This document shows positions 1 to 12,379 of a stretch of DNA of 64,000 nt, in pieces. Where the stretch lies: the NCBI GenBank assembly GCA_044892525.1, contig CM097887.1, forward strand, positions 55,428,001 through 55,492,000. Direction: 5' to 3'. The notes under the pieces are model-generated. The model did not search any database and had not been told where the DNA came from. It saw only the letters and a list, made by a program, of their open reading frames with translations. The stretch comes from Schmidtea polychroa (taxonomy: Eukaryota). The position numbers and the translations under genes were made by a program. Within the stretch, counting starts at the first letter, position 1, and the number at the start of each line of letters is the position of its first letter.

Positions 1-158
1 TCATCGACGCTTCGGTTCGCGCGACCTCTACGTCTACATTTATTTACCATCGGCTCCCTGGCTGGTTTAATCACCTCTCTTATTTCATTTAAATCATTTA
101 TTTTCATTCAATTACCATCGGCTCTCTGGCCGGTTTAATCAACTCATTTTAATCTCAT

Positions 159-906
159 GAAGTCTTTTACGACTCCTAGACGCCTGGGCTTTAACACCAT
201 TACGCCATATAATTCACTATCAACCATCAACGCTTCGGTTTATTCGACCTCCGCGTCGGCATCGGCTTCCGGCCGGTTTAATTATACTTTTAATCTCCGA
301 AGTCTTTTACGACTCCTAGACGCCTGGGTATTTACACCATTACGCCATATAATTCACTATCAACCATCAACGCTTCGGTTTATTAGACCTCCGCGTCGGC
401 ATCGGCTTCCGGCCGGTTTAATTATACTTTTAATCTTTGAAGTCTTTTACGACTCCTAGACGCCTGGGCTTTAACACCATTACGCCATATAATTCACTAT
501 CAACCATCAACGCTTCGGTTTATTCGACCTCCGCGTCGGCATCGGCTTCCGGCCGGTTTAATCATATTTTAAACTTTGAAGTCTTTTACGACTCCTAGAC
601 GCCTGGGTTCTTACACCGTTACGCCATATAATTCACTATCAACCATCAACGCTTCGGTTTATTCGACCTCCGCGTCGGCATCGGCTTCCGGCCGGTTTAA
701 TTATACTTTTAATCTCCGAAGTCTTTTACGACTCCTAGACGCCTGGGTATTTACACCATTACGCCATATAATTCACTATCAACCATCAACGCTTCGGTTT
801 ATTAGACCTCCGCGTCGGCATCGGCTTCCGGCCGGTTTAATTATACTTTTAATCTTTGAAGTCTTTTACGACTCCTAGACGCCTGGGCTTTTACACCTTT
901 ACGCCG
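159..906. repeat. GC-rich tandem repeat, 140-bp unit, about 5.3 copies
   Basis: GAAGTCTTTTACGACTCCTAGACGCCTGGG recurs at 159, 299, 439, 578, 718 and 858; degenerate partial units lie in 1-158. Confidence 0.95.
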
Positions 907-1089
907 TATTCGCGGTCTTCGGTCCCTGATCGGTTTCAAATGCCCTAAATGAGGTTTCTTCAACCCCCAGACGCCTTCAGTTTTTACACCTACTATCGTC
1001 CCTACCGCGATTAAATTGAGTTGACAGTTGACTTTCGGACCAATTAAAAATTTAAGGTTCCTCCTACTCAAATTATTAATCTGCTGAGG

Positions 1090-1600
1090 CCTCACAACTA
1101 GCTCAATTCTTGGCCGCCTATTGAAAAGAGTTTAATACCGGTAACCCTAATCTCATCGCCGTTTCACTGGGCCTATCGGTACTCGGTGTGGGCATCCGGG
1201 TTTTGTACCGACCCCTGCTAGCAATAATCACGAAGAAAAAAACATCCTATCTATCAGGATTTAAAAAACACGGAAATGCCTAATCGCCTCGATCTTGATT
1301 CTCAAAAGTGATGAACCAGATCTCCCGACTAGTGAAGATAAAAGGAAATTGGATATGCAGTTGACTCTCGGTCTCCCGCCTCACAACTGGTCCAATCTTG
1401 GTTGCCTGTTGAGTACGAGTCCTTTACCGGTTGACCCGCATCTCACAACCGTTTCACTGGGCTCCTTAATACTCGGTGTAGGTAACTGGGTCTCTCTCGC
1501 TCGCTACCCTTCCGGGTTTTTGTATCAAGTCCCGCTAGCCAATCAAAAAAAAAATGCACCCAATACTCGGTGTGGGTATCCGGGTTTTTGTATTGGGTGA
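1090..1600. repeat. Diverged direct repeats (about 290-bp offset)
   Basis: CCTCACAACT...CCGTTTCACTGGGC at about 1090-1175 and 1379-1465; TACTCGGTGT(G/A)GG at 1180, 1470 and 1564. Confidence 0.75.
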
Positions 1601-2296
1601 TCCAGCATCATCAGTCCCTTGGCTGATAATCTCCTGGACACTACAGTCCGGTGGTTAGCCGCTGTACTCGGGTGCCTCATCACTCGCTAGGGAAAAATTC
1701 ATATCATCCAATTTGAAGTCCAAAAACGGTTTCTTCAAATCCGCAGCTGCTCTCGGATAATTAAAATTTTTATCTTTTGGTGCACCTTTTCAATTTTTAT
1801 TTTTTATCTTTTTCTTTTTATTTACCTTCTAGTTTGTCCTTGTCTCCCAAATTCAAAAAATATAATAATCGCGTTGGTTCATTTCCCACAAGTGGTGATC
1901 AGTCACTCGACAGAAACTCCCCAACATTTGCGATGGGCCCTACTATACTCTTCTCATCAAGGTGATCAGGATTTCCCCATCCGGGTAAGCATCGTAGGGA
2001 CGATATGCTTCTCATCCCCTTATGGTCCTGTCTCTCTATGCCAAAAATAAAAAAAAACAGGAAAAAAAAATGGTAATCGTACTGATCTTATAGATCAGCT
2101 CACACTTGATGCGATCCCAGCCAGTCCTGTATTTAATTCACGGCTTTCGCCAATTTAATTTGTGTGTTGCTTGTCTATTTATTTAACGGCTTTTGTGTAT
2201 TTCATATGTCTATGTTCAACGTATGTTTTATACCTTTCGGTTGCTATTATGGAATTAGTTTTACTAACATTCTACTAACTCACACTCGGCTGCAAT

Positions 2297-2708
2297 TCAT
2301 TTCATCATCTTCAATTTTTCTACATCTCCCTCAGGGAGGTACACTACTACTCTTTCTCTCATGTTTGCGTCACATACATTACAATCGCTTCAGTTTCAAT
2401 GCACAATCTTGGCAATAACATAGATGTCCGCAAGGTACCATCATTATTTTTATCTCATTGCTTCTACACACACAACATTTGAATTCATTATCGATCGCCT
2501 CTCTTATCGCATCTTCAACCGTTTAAATTTTTATCTTTAATTCTTGCCATTTGATGTTAAATTTGGCCTTATCTAAACGTAAATTCTGAATCTGATATAC
2601 TCTTTGAGTAGTTAATTCCACATTTGGTGTAGCAATTCTCATCATTATACACAATTCATCATCTACTGGTCTTGGTTTTAAGATCAGCCCTTCTTGAGTG
2701 TTTGCCAA
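2297..2708 (-). pseudogene. IAP/MDM2-type C3HC4 RING finger gene remnant
   Basis: The ORF 2523..2708 frame continues past a TAA as TVEDAIREAIDNEFKCCVCRSNEIKIMMVPCGHLCYCQDCALKLK; a 1-nt shift near 2387 gives DCNVCDANMRERVVVYLPEGDVEKLKMMK*. All eight RING ligands are present. Confidence 0.7.
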
Positions 2709-4575
2709 CTGCTCTGCTTTTCAATTCAATCTTTGTAGTGAGTTGTTAGTTAAATTTACGAATTTTCAAGTTTCTTTATAATGTAGCCGGTTAATTCCAT
2801 CAAGTTATACTTTATTAATTCAGCATTTTATTAAGTGTTCTTATTCCCCTTTAATTAGCTTACCTCTACACATTTATTTCCTTATTCAAATTATGTAAGT
2901 TCAATAGCTGTTTTACCCTGTTAGTTTAGGCTCCCAATCCATTAAATGATGTTCCGCGCATTCTTATCCGTTCCATCTAGTTTATTATCTTAGTCTACAT
3001 AACCCTTTTGATCCCAGCTTGTCCATAATTTTAGTCATTTTATCAAATACTCAATATACCCCTTTAATCTTTAACGTAGTTTTACATCTTCCCCCTATTT
3101 TTAATTAATTGCATCATCTATCTATTTCTATTTCGCAATTCACTGTTTTATGCTTTATCCCCTTTTTCTTTATACCGTTATTTTCTATTCCCCCCCTTTT
3201 CCCTATTTTTGAATTTTTTATTATTTTCTTATATCCAAAGTATTAGTTGTTTATATTTACAATTTTTATTATTTTTGATTTTTATTTCATTTCTTACCCA
3301 TCAACATTCTGTCCCATCAACACGGAACGCTCATACATTATTCTCATACCCAGTTTTATCGATTTTCTATATTTACATAATTTAAAACATTTTATTCATC
3401 ATGTACAACATTCAACATTCATTTTGATCATACACGCATATTCACACATCATGTCTAGTTATTTGAGAAAACAATCTTTCTTACTCTTGCATAAAGCATT
3501 TCATTTCCTGATCAAAAAACTGCTATGCATTCCCGTCTACTTACAGGTTCTTTACCAAGAAAGTTTAAATATCCCGGCTGAGCCCCCAAATTTGTATGGT
3601 GGGTTACTGATGATCAAATATTTTGCTCTTTAGTGCTGTTACCAGCGTAACCCAAGATACAACATTGTTTACCGCTTGATACCCGTTGAACGATCAACGT
3701 TGGTACTGTATCAAGACGGTGAGTACTCGCAAAAAGTGAGCGCACTACTTGCACTGTAATTGTCGAGCACTCTAATGGGTTCACGGACTATCGTTAGAAG
3801 ATGTATGTCCGATTTACGCAGGTCCCTTATTATAATCACTTCCTCAACTATGCCTATACAAACTTTCTATCCTCAAACGATCATAAGTCATCAGGAATCA
3901 TACATTACTCTATTAAAGCCTGTTCATACAACACCACATCTAAAATGTTTGAATATAAATTAAGTGAAACATAACCATAGTTTATTAAACAAACCTCAAG
4001 AAATTTTTGAGACTAATGAATTTAATTAGAAAATAAAAAAAAAACTTAATAAACTGAAACAATAGAAATGATAAAGATAACATGCATTCCCCACGATAAC
4101 CTGATCAAAAGAAAATTTCAATTTAGTTAAGTTAACTTACAACCTATTTTAACATAATCCAAATATCACTTGTAAATTATGGGTAATATTAATATATGAA
4201 GTTTAGATTCATTACAATCATAAAAGTTCTTATGAAGAGTAAATAATTCTAATCTACTTAAATTTTCAATTTATAATATTCCTCAAACGACCAAACTAAC
4301 TCCGTAATATACTTGAATTCATTATGTTAAAATACTAGAACAAGTTGGTAACTAATAATTTAAATAAAGTAATGGAATTTTGATTTCATTATTACTTTTT
4401 GTTTTGTTAAAGTTATTTAACATTATTTAAATTTTCGTTGTTTTATTATAGTAATTATAATTAATGTTAAATAACAAATTTTGAATAAATATATGATTTT
4501 AGTTAACTTTGATATAATAATGTAAATAAATTAAAATTTTAAGCATTTATATCCTAAAATTTCATAATATTTCAG

Positions 4576-5041
4576 GAATATCAGCATTTGGCCGAATCTC
4601 CGAACAATTACTATTGATCAATAATGTATTATGACATCTCGAATGAGCAAAGATCATTTGACAACACCAATGAGAAAATTGTAATTAACTTCCTTAATTT
4701 AATTAATTAACTTCATTAATTTCCTTAGCAATCGAGTTGATAATAATTCAGTGAGGTACGAAGGTTTGATTGCCCCAAGGTCAGTTCCACCAACTAATCT
4801 TCCTGGCGGAATTATCTGACAATGACTACTCAAAAAGAGATGCAAGGAATATAGTTGGCCATCCAACAATATTACGTCAAATCAATATGTAAGTCATTGA
4901 ACCAAAAGGAACGAAGCAGAAAATAAGGAATTATCCAGAAGTCTTCCAACTCCAGGAAATGTATTTCATTGGGATGGTCCATCAACCGTGCTCGAAGGAC
5001 CTTGGTATAACTATGATTCAAAGAAACAATTATATGAATAA
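4576..5041 (+). pseudogene. NDUFA7: NADH:ubiquinone oxidoreductase subunit A7 (B14.5a)-like, frameshifted
   Basis: After a 48-nt GT-AG intron (4681-4728): VRYEGLIAPRSVPPTNLPGG / frameshift near 4810 / LSDNDYSKRDARNIVGHPTIL ... LPTPGNVFHWD. These match the family motifs LRY..I..R..PPP.LP.G..HKLS.NYY..RD.R and LPTPG..Y.WD. The 5' end is unresolved. Confidence 0.6.
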
Positions 5042-5295
5042 AGTTGATGATCGAAATCAATAAACTTAGTCTTTGTTTTTCTTTTTTTTTTGATCTAGTT
5101 AAAAATAAATTTAGTCTCTTTTGATTTAGTTAAAAATAAATCCAATAATTCTAATAAATCAATAAATGATTCTACTAAATTACTTCAGTAAACTACTCTA
5201 ACCTCGCTCCATCACCTTAAGGGGGTTGTGACCATCACATAACAGGGGTCTTGAGGGGGAAGGTTATCGTATTTTTATAAGGTTGCTTTATAAAT

Positions 5296-5715
5296 CTGTA
5301 TGTACATACACACACACACATATATATACACACACATATATATATACATATACATATACACACATACCTATATATGGATATAATTTAAATTAATAATATT
5401 GATGTCGTTTTCCGGGGGGGGGGTGTTACTAAAAATAGATTTTAGTGATTTTCCGTAATTTTATTGGAAGATAGGGCCATTGAGACTAAATTTAGAGATA
5501 GGGGAATCCCAAAATCAATAATCGGTTTTATAATTTTATTTTTTGAAATAAAGATAATTATTTTAATAATATAATAATAATAGTAATGATAATAGTAATA
5601 ATAATGATAAGAGTGGTAATGTTAATGGTAATAATACTAATAATAATAATAATAGTAATAATAATAATAATAATATTAATAACGATAATAATAATAATGT
5701 TAATAATAATAATAA
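5296..5715. repeat. (CA/TA)n microsatellite and (AAT)n-rich low-complexity tract
   Basis: CA/TA runs at about 5296-5378; AAT/GAT/AGT triplets at about 5563-5715. Confidence 0.9.
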
Positions 5716-5869
5716 ATGTAAGTTTATTTTTTTACAAGATTCCCACATATGGGGGTATCTTTTGCGAAAATTATGGAATTATTTATTTTTTGGTTTGATT
5801 TGAAATATAATTTAACTCTATACGAAGATGATATAATTTAGTGTACCTAAGGAATAGTTAATGGCTACA

Positions 5870-6410
5870 TGATTTGAAGGGGGGTCATTTATGAAAATTT
5901 TCAATTTATATTTTAAAATATAATATAAGTTAAATATATATTAAGATAAGTTAATTTAAAATACTTAGGTAATGGGTAATGACTGTATAATTTTGAGGGG
6001 GTCATTCATGAAATTTTACAACTTATATTTTTTATTATAATGTAAGTTAAATATATATTAAAAATAAGTCAATTTAGTATGCTTAGGTAATGGGTAATGA
6101 CTGTATAATTTTGAGGGGGTCATTCATGAAATTTTACAACTTATATTTTTTATTATAATGTAAGTTAAATATATATTAAAAATAAGTCAATTTAGTATGC
6201 TTAGATAATGGGTAATGACTGTATGATTTTGAGGGGGGTCATTCATGAAAATTTACAATTTATAGTTTTAAATATAATATAAGTTAAATGTATATTAAGA
6301 TAAGCTAATTTAGTATATTTAGGTGGTAGTTGATGACTATATGGTTTATGGGGGGTCTTTGATGAAAAATTTTCAACTATGATGTTAAAGGCAATCTAAG
6401 TTAAGTTAAA
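5870..6410. repeat. Minisatellite, about 118-bp unit, 5 copies
   Basis: GGGGTCATT-like anchor at about 5881, 5998, 6116, 6235 and 6352. Confidence 0.9.
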
Positions 6411-7130
6411 TTTATAGTTTATATTTTAAAGCTAATATAATTTTATAATTTATACTTTTAAGTTTATAATTTATATTTGGTGAAGTTCAATTTATAGTTT
6501 ATATTTCTAAAGCTAATATAATTTTATAATTTATATTTTTAAGTTTATAATTTATATTTTTATGAAGCTAATTTTATGGTTTATATTTTAAAGCTAATAT
6601 AATTTTATAATTTATATTTTTAAGTTTATAATTTATATTTGGTGAAGTTCAATTCATAGTTTATATTTCTAAAGCTAATATAATTTTATAATTTATATTT
6701 TTAAGTTTATAATTTATATTTTTATGAAGTTAAATTTATGGTTTATATTTTAAAGCCAATATAATTTTATAATTTATATTTTTATGAAGTTAAGGTTATA
6801 ATTTATATTTTTAAAGCTAATATAACTTTATAATTTATACTTTTAAGTTTATAATTTATATTTTTATGAGGTTAAGTTAAATTTATAGTTTATGTTCTAA
6901 GGCTAATATAATTTTATAATTTATACTTTTGTAATTAACTTAGAGTTATAATTTATAATTTTACCGTCAATATAGATTTGTAATTTATATTCTTAGGAAA
7001 TTAAATTTATAATTTATACTTTTATAACTAATCATAATTTATATTTTGAAGAAATTGAATCTATAAGTATAATTCATATTTTTATGAAATTGAGAGGATA
7101 GTTTATACTTTTATGGGTTTACGATTGGTA
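6410..7130. repeat. AT-rich minisatellite, 81-bp unit with alternating variants
   Basis: AAGCTAATAT-like anchor at 6429, 6510, 6591, 6672 and 6753, decaying afterwards; GGTGAAGTTCAA and TTTATGAAG variants alternate. Confidence 0.85.
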
Positions 7131-9189
7131 TTTTTATAGTTAGTTTAGAGTCTATTCAATTTAAAATCCAAGTCTTGCTGATGCGCATGTCGAACACCTT
7201 TATGAATACTATCACTACTAAATTAATCATCTTTAAAAATCTTTGCTTTACACTATTACTAAAAAAATTTATTTAAGACATTCATGAATCTAGATTCGAC
7301 AAACGTATAGGTAGAGTGGGTTCTTGATGATATTTAACCGTCTACATTAATTGTGAATTGTAGAGTTGTGATTAATTTAGGTCTGAGATCTACTCTGTTT
7401 ATTAACCTTAGTGTATTGTATTGTGATGATTTTGGATGTAGATTTTAACTATGTAAGTTATTCATGTATTGAAAGTCGGGAAGAGTGTTTGCTTTCGCGA
7501 CCCCACTGTGACCACTACGACAAACCTTACTGTTGTGTGGTAAGTCAACCCTTTACGGCTGACCTATAATAAATAGGTAGAGTCAGACGGAGGATTTCAT
7601 CGACTTAACTCCATGGCAGAACCATGAAGTGGTGCGACCTCCGAATGACCTGAACAAACAAAAAAAAAACCCAATAATATTGATAAGTGCGTGCCAGGCA
7701 GTGGCCTGCAATCATTGTAGGCTGTTTACTCATCGATGATAAAGTGCATAGGTGCAGGGTTGGCTGGGATCTCGCTTCAAAATCAATGATAACCGACGAT
7801 CTCACTCAAACCTACATTTCTATAGTTAAAAAGAAATAATGAAAACAAGGTTTCAATAATAATAATTTATAATTCACAATGAAATCGTCCTTACCTACAA
7901 TCTCAGAAAAATCAAAACCAAAAATTTGGCATAAGAGTAAAAATATTCATTTGCATTTTTTCCTTGCTTTTAAAGTGACGAAATGTGTTAGTTTATATAG
8001 CCTCTGTTTGACGTGTAAGTATACATGCGTGCATTGATGCAGTAAAACAAATTCAGATTATTTTAATTCTCGAACATTCGATTTTTAATTTTTATCGATT
8101 TTGATGGCGATTTTTCAGTAAGAATTTTTGTTTTTATTTTTGAAATTTTATTTTCGAATTATTTTTTATTAAATTTGCCTCCATGATAGATTTCAGCATT
8201 TCCAGAACAGTCCATGCTAAATTTAATCTATTTCTTATTTTTAAATTGTTTTTTATGATTTCTTTTCTAAAATATTTATTTTTTAAACTAAAATATTTAT
8301 TTTTTATAAATTTTATTGGGTCGTTTGGCCGTCATGATGGATTTCGCCATTTTTATGAATTGTTCTGGATTTTTATTCAAAATATCGATATAATTTTCTT
8401 TACGTAAGATTTTATGAAGATTTTCTTTAATTTTCTTTTTTAATTTTTACTAATCGCCTTTATTCGAATTTGTTTTTTGTTGTTTTATGTCTTTCGGTTA
8501 TATTTGAGTAAGTTTTCGTGTAATACTTCTTGCTCGTGTTTTATTTTATTTTTAATTCAGATGTTTTATTTTTGGGTATATTATCTCTCTATTATCATTG
8601 TTTACTTGGTGTTTTATATATTTTTATTTAAGTAAACTTAATGCTGGGTATGCGTGTTGTGTACTGACACATTTCGTCCCATTCCCAACTTTGGGTCTAG
8701 AAATCAGTTCTAGCCCAACAGAATATTAAAAAAATTATTAAATAATAAATGCACCTGAGAGAATTTTTTTGTGTACTTTATTTTCATTTTCAATTAAATG
8801 GTGATCGTAAGTATATTTCATATCTGAAAAAGCCCGTCCACGAATATATAGGTACTCTCGATCATAGATTTTAATTTTAAACCAAAATCCTGCAAATTAT
8901 GGTAATTTTCTTTTGGAAACATTTAAAATAAATCTACGTCAGTCTCTTAATTTTAAAAAAATGCATCAGTTTGAAGTTTTCCATTTGGTATTTTATGTTG
9001 GTTTCTTCCATGTCGATGTCAGCCAGATTATTAAAGAATTTTAGTTGCGGTTAATGTCCATCAAAACTTACAAATCTGGTATTAAAATTATTGTTAATCA
9101 CACACAAAAGAAGCAAACGTAATTTATTATCAATTCAATGACATTTTGATTCTTTCTGCAGAATTTTGTTCAAAATATTCAAATACAGA

Positions 9190-9570
9190 ATTGGCCATTT
9201 AGTTTCTGTCAATATGAAAAGATCTTCAGTCGCTCGGTGGATATTCAGGCCGAAATGTGAAGGCTTCTTCACAGTGTCTGTCGCCGGTAGATGTCAGTGA
9301 ATTGAAAGTTTTAATACAAATGCGTAAATCGAGATAGCATCTGAAATCGAATTGAGAACGACAATGAATCTAAATAACTTACGAGTAACACAGTGATTGA
9401 GGCATCGTAAGTCTGAAGTAGGAGAGATTTTCCTCCGTAATAATATAGCATGATCAGGATCCTCTGCATGAATTCCAGTACAATAAGGAAATTTCCACCG
9501 ATTCTATAACGGCTCATTAAAAATTTACATTTTGAGGCGACATTTAAATTCCAGTAATCACTAGGAACCG
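9190..9570 (-). mobile_element. Possible highly decayed PIF/Harbinger transposase fragment
   Basis: NRWKFPYCTG resembles Harbinger RWNFP.C.GAIDG; a downstream EEAFTFRPEYP is weakly similar to DEAF.L..RPYP. Many stops and frameshifts. Confidence 0.3.
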
Positions 9571-10239
9571 ACTTCTAGTGCTAATGCAACCAAAAGTTTT
9601 CTTTGAATAATTTTTCCGTCACTGTCTTGTTCCAGCCGGGAACCTCAACCTGGTACACCGAGTCGTTTGCAATTTCCCTTAAAACATTGATATTTTACCA
9701 AAATCACCCTTAAAAAATCATAAATTCCAACCTTATCCGATCCTTCATTAAATATAACCGATTATATCCCCCTTAAAAGATCATATATTCCCATCTTAAC
9801 TGATCTCTCACCAAATATTTCTACATATTTAAAAATCTAACCGACTATATCTCTTAATCCTACCTACTTGAAGTCATATCCCCTTTAATTCAGTCAATCC
9901 ACTTAAAATCCTTAGAGAATTTCAAAAATATGAATTTTCATTAACTGTTACTTTCTTCCATTGAAATAATTTAGAAGCTAAATAACAAGATCCCACTAAA
10001 AGATCAAAAATCAATATTTTCTACAAATATTTCACACATCAAATACCTAACTAGAGATGATATATATTGATTATAATTCTTCAACGATTCAGCCAATCAT
10101 TTTCAAGCAATTATAGCAAACTAACTCACAAATTTCAGTATATTCCACAATAATTTTCAAGTAAATTTAAAATATCTATCCTTGATAAAGTTAACTAGTT
10201 TCTTAGCTTATGATTTTTAATATTTAAGTTCATCAATTT

Positions 10240-10735
10240 GTAAATGAAAATATTCTTAGAAAATATAATTATTGAAAAAATTATTTAGTCAAATTCAATA
10301 TATTACAAAGTCATCATAAAAAATTAATCCTGTCACTTGATTATCTTTAAAATTAATTTTTATTTAAAATTTAAAAACAAGTCAATAAAATACAGCTAAT
10401 TATCAAGAAATTAATTAAATTTATCAATTAAATTTATCAATTAAATTTATTAGAATCACCTTTAAAACCTTTAATTTTAAAATATTCTTTCAGTCAACAT
10501 GAAATTCTTAGAAAATTATTGAGAAAACCATTTTGTCAAATTCAATATTCATCTTCAAAATTTAACCTATCATTGATAAATTAACCTAACTGTCATTAAA
10601 AATAATTTTTATTTAAAATTAAAAAACAAGTTAATAAAAATACATCCAATTATCAAGAAATTAATTAAATTTACCTTAGAATTAACATTAAAACTTAAAA
10701 TTTTTAAATATTCATTCAATCAACATGAAATTCAA
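10240..10735. repeat. Diverged tandem duplication of about 250 bp
   Basis: TTTTTATTTAAAATT-AAAAACAAGT-AATAAAA...AATTATCAAGAAATTAATTAAATTTA at about 10355-10425 and 10605-10675. Confidence 0.75.
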
Positions 10736-11514
10736 AAAAATGATAAAAATTCACATAAACGATAAAAATTTACGAAAATAATAGAAATTTACAAAAATGA
10801 TAGAAATTTACTTGAATATTTACTAAAACCATCAACTTTAAAAAACTACTAATGAATGCTTTAAACACCAAAATTTGCCTAAATAAAATCATTAAAACAC
10901 ACCAATACCTTTACGACTAGTACCTTTACGACCAGAACTTTTTATGAAATAATTTTCAAAGGCAAAATTAAATACAAATTTTTGTTAAATTAATTTCAAA
11001 GACAGATTTCAATTAACTTCTAATAATAGCAAATAAGGGATATATTTGGTAAATAAGTAAATGAAGGATTAAATTTTAAAATTAAGTAATAAATTTTGAA
11101 TTATCATGAGAATTCTAAATATTATAACATATTATAACATAAATGTAAAAAAAATATTGAAATGGGTGTGGTGGCGAACCGGTAATTATCGCCACCAGTC
11201 TTTCGAACACCCATGGGATCGATCCCCACTCGAGTCAACTTATTTGTCTTTGGTTTCCTCTTTTGAATCTCTTTCAAATTTCATTTAATAACACGCATTA
11301 CAACTATCGAATTCATTCTGATGTATGAGTCTGGCTAGCTTGTATATTGGAAGAGATTCGATAAACGAAAGAGGTTAAATTGATAAATAAAAAAAAATAA
11401 TCCGGATCAAAAAAAAACTGTTGAGAGGACAGTAAAAAAATACAAATACCACTGTCCTCTCAGAGCAGTTTTACTGTTTCATAAATTTTTTTTATTCTTT
11501 TAATTACAAGACAT

Positions 11515-11690
11515 CATATATTTTTCAATTATTATATTTTTCAATATTTATATTTTTCAATATTTATATTTTTCAATATTTATATTTTTCAATTATTATA
11601 TTTTTCAATATTTATATTTTTCAATATTTATATTTTTCAATATTTATATTTTTCAATATTTATATTTTACAATTTTTATATTTTACAATT
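11515..11690. repeat. 16-17-bp minisatellite (TTTTCAATATTTATAT)n
   Basis: About 10 near-identical tandem copies. Confidence 0.9.
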
Positions 11691-11705
11691 TTTTATGTTA
11701 AAGTG

Positions 11706-12000
11706 TAGTAGTGTATATAATGGGAACACCGGCTTACCCCACCTATTTTAGAAATTACTAGATAGAAAAATTACTTGGTTCAACAAAACTTTAGATTGAA
11801 GTTTCTATTGCATATATATTTTGGGTATCTATTTTTTTCAAAGTACCCATCCTTATTAAAAAAATATTTTTTCAATGTTTATAATTTAGGTATTTAAATT
11901 AGTAAATATTTTTTTCAGTATTAAAAATCGTTAATTTCAAGATTTTTTAAATAAGTAAATACCTTAGATATGTAGGGTGAGCCGGTGTTCCCACACTACT
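11706..12000. mobile_element. MITE with about 21-bp TIRs, superfamily unassigned
   Basis: TGGGAACACCGGCTTACCCCA (from 11721) is inverted with TAGGGTGAGCCGGTGTTCCCA (about 11973-11993); the outer AGTAGTGT/ACACTACT also match. No clear TSD. Confidence 0.75.
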
Positions 12001-12379
12001 CTAGTATAATAGAATTTCATGGGTACATCAAGATAAGATTCATACATTTTCCGATGGCAGGGGATCGTGCACATAATAATTTGTAAAATTGTTTGTGTTG
12101 ATCAACAGTTTAAGAATAATATAGGTGATAATTTAGACTATATAGTATATTCCTTATATATATAAATAATAATTTAAGCTGAAAATTTATGGGTTTCGCA
12201 ATAATATACGACTGCATTTACAATAGTAATTTTTAATAAAAGTTTATGAATTCAACAATACTAGTAGTGATGTTCAATAATTAATGTATATTAATTATAG
12301 TGGTTTTAATAATAGAAAGGACACGTTTGATTATTTAAATATACTTTATTTGTATTATGAATTGTGAAGAAATTGTAAC

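Noticed and set aside
157-878. Two near-identical 100-aa ORFs (157..459, 576..878)
   Set aside because: They are by-products of the 419-bp higher-order repeat; the unit length is not a multiple of 3 and no domain is evident.
5563-5798. Leu-rich and Ile-rich ORFs resembling membrane proteins
   Set aside because: They are translations of an (AAT)n low-complexity tract.
11164-11234. HDV-like ribozyme assignment
   Set aside because: Only about 10 nt are available where P2, P3, L3 and P3' need about 20, and no J4/2 motif is present.
11515-11690. CRISPR-like array (also considered for 159-906)
   Set aside because: The repeats are contiguous with no unique spacers, the context is eukaryotic, and there are no cas genes.
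11994-11998. CACTA superfamily label for the 11706-12000 MITE
   Set aside because: CACTA faces the wrong way for a CACTA terminus, and no 3-bp TSD is present.
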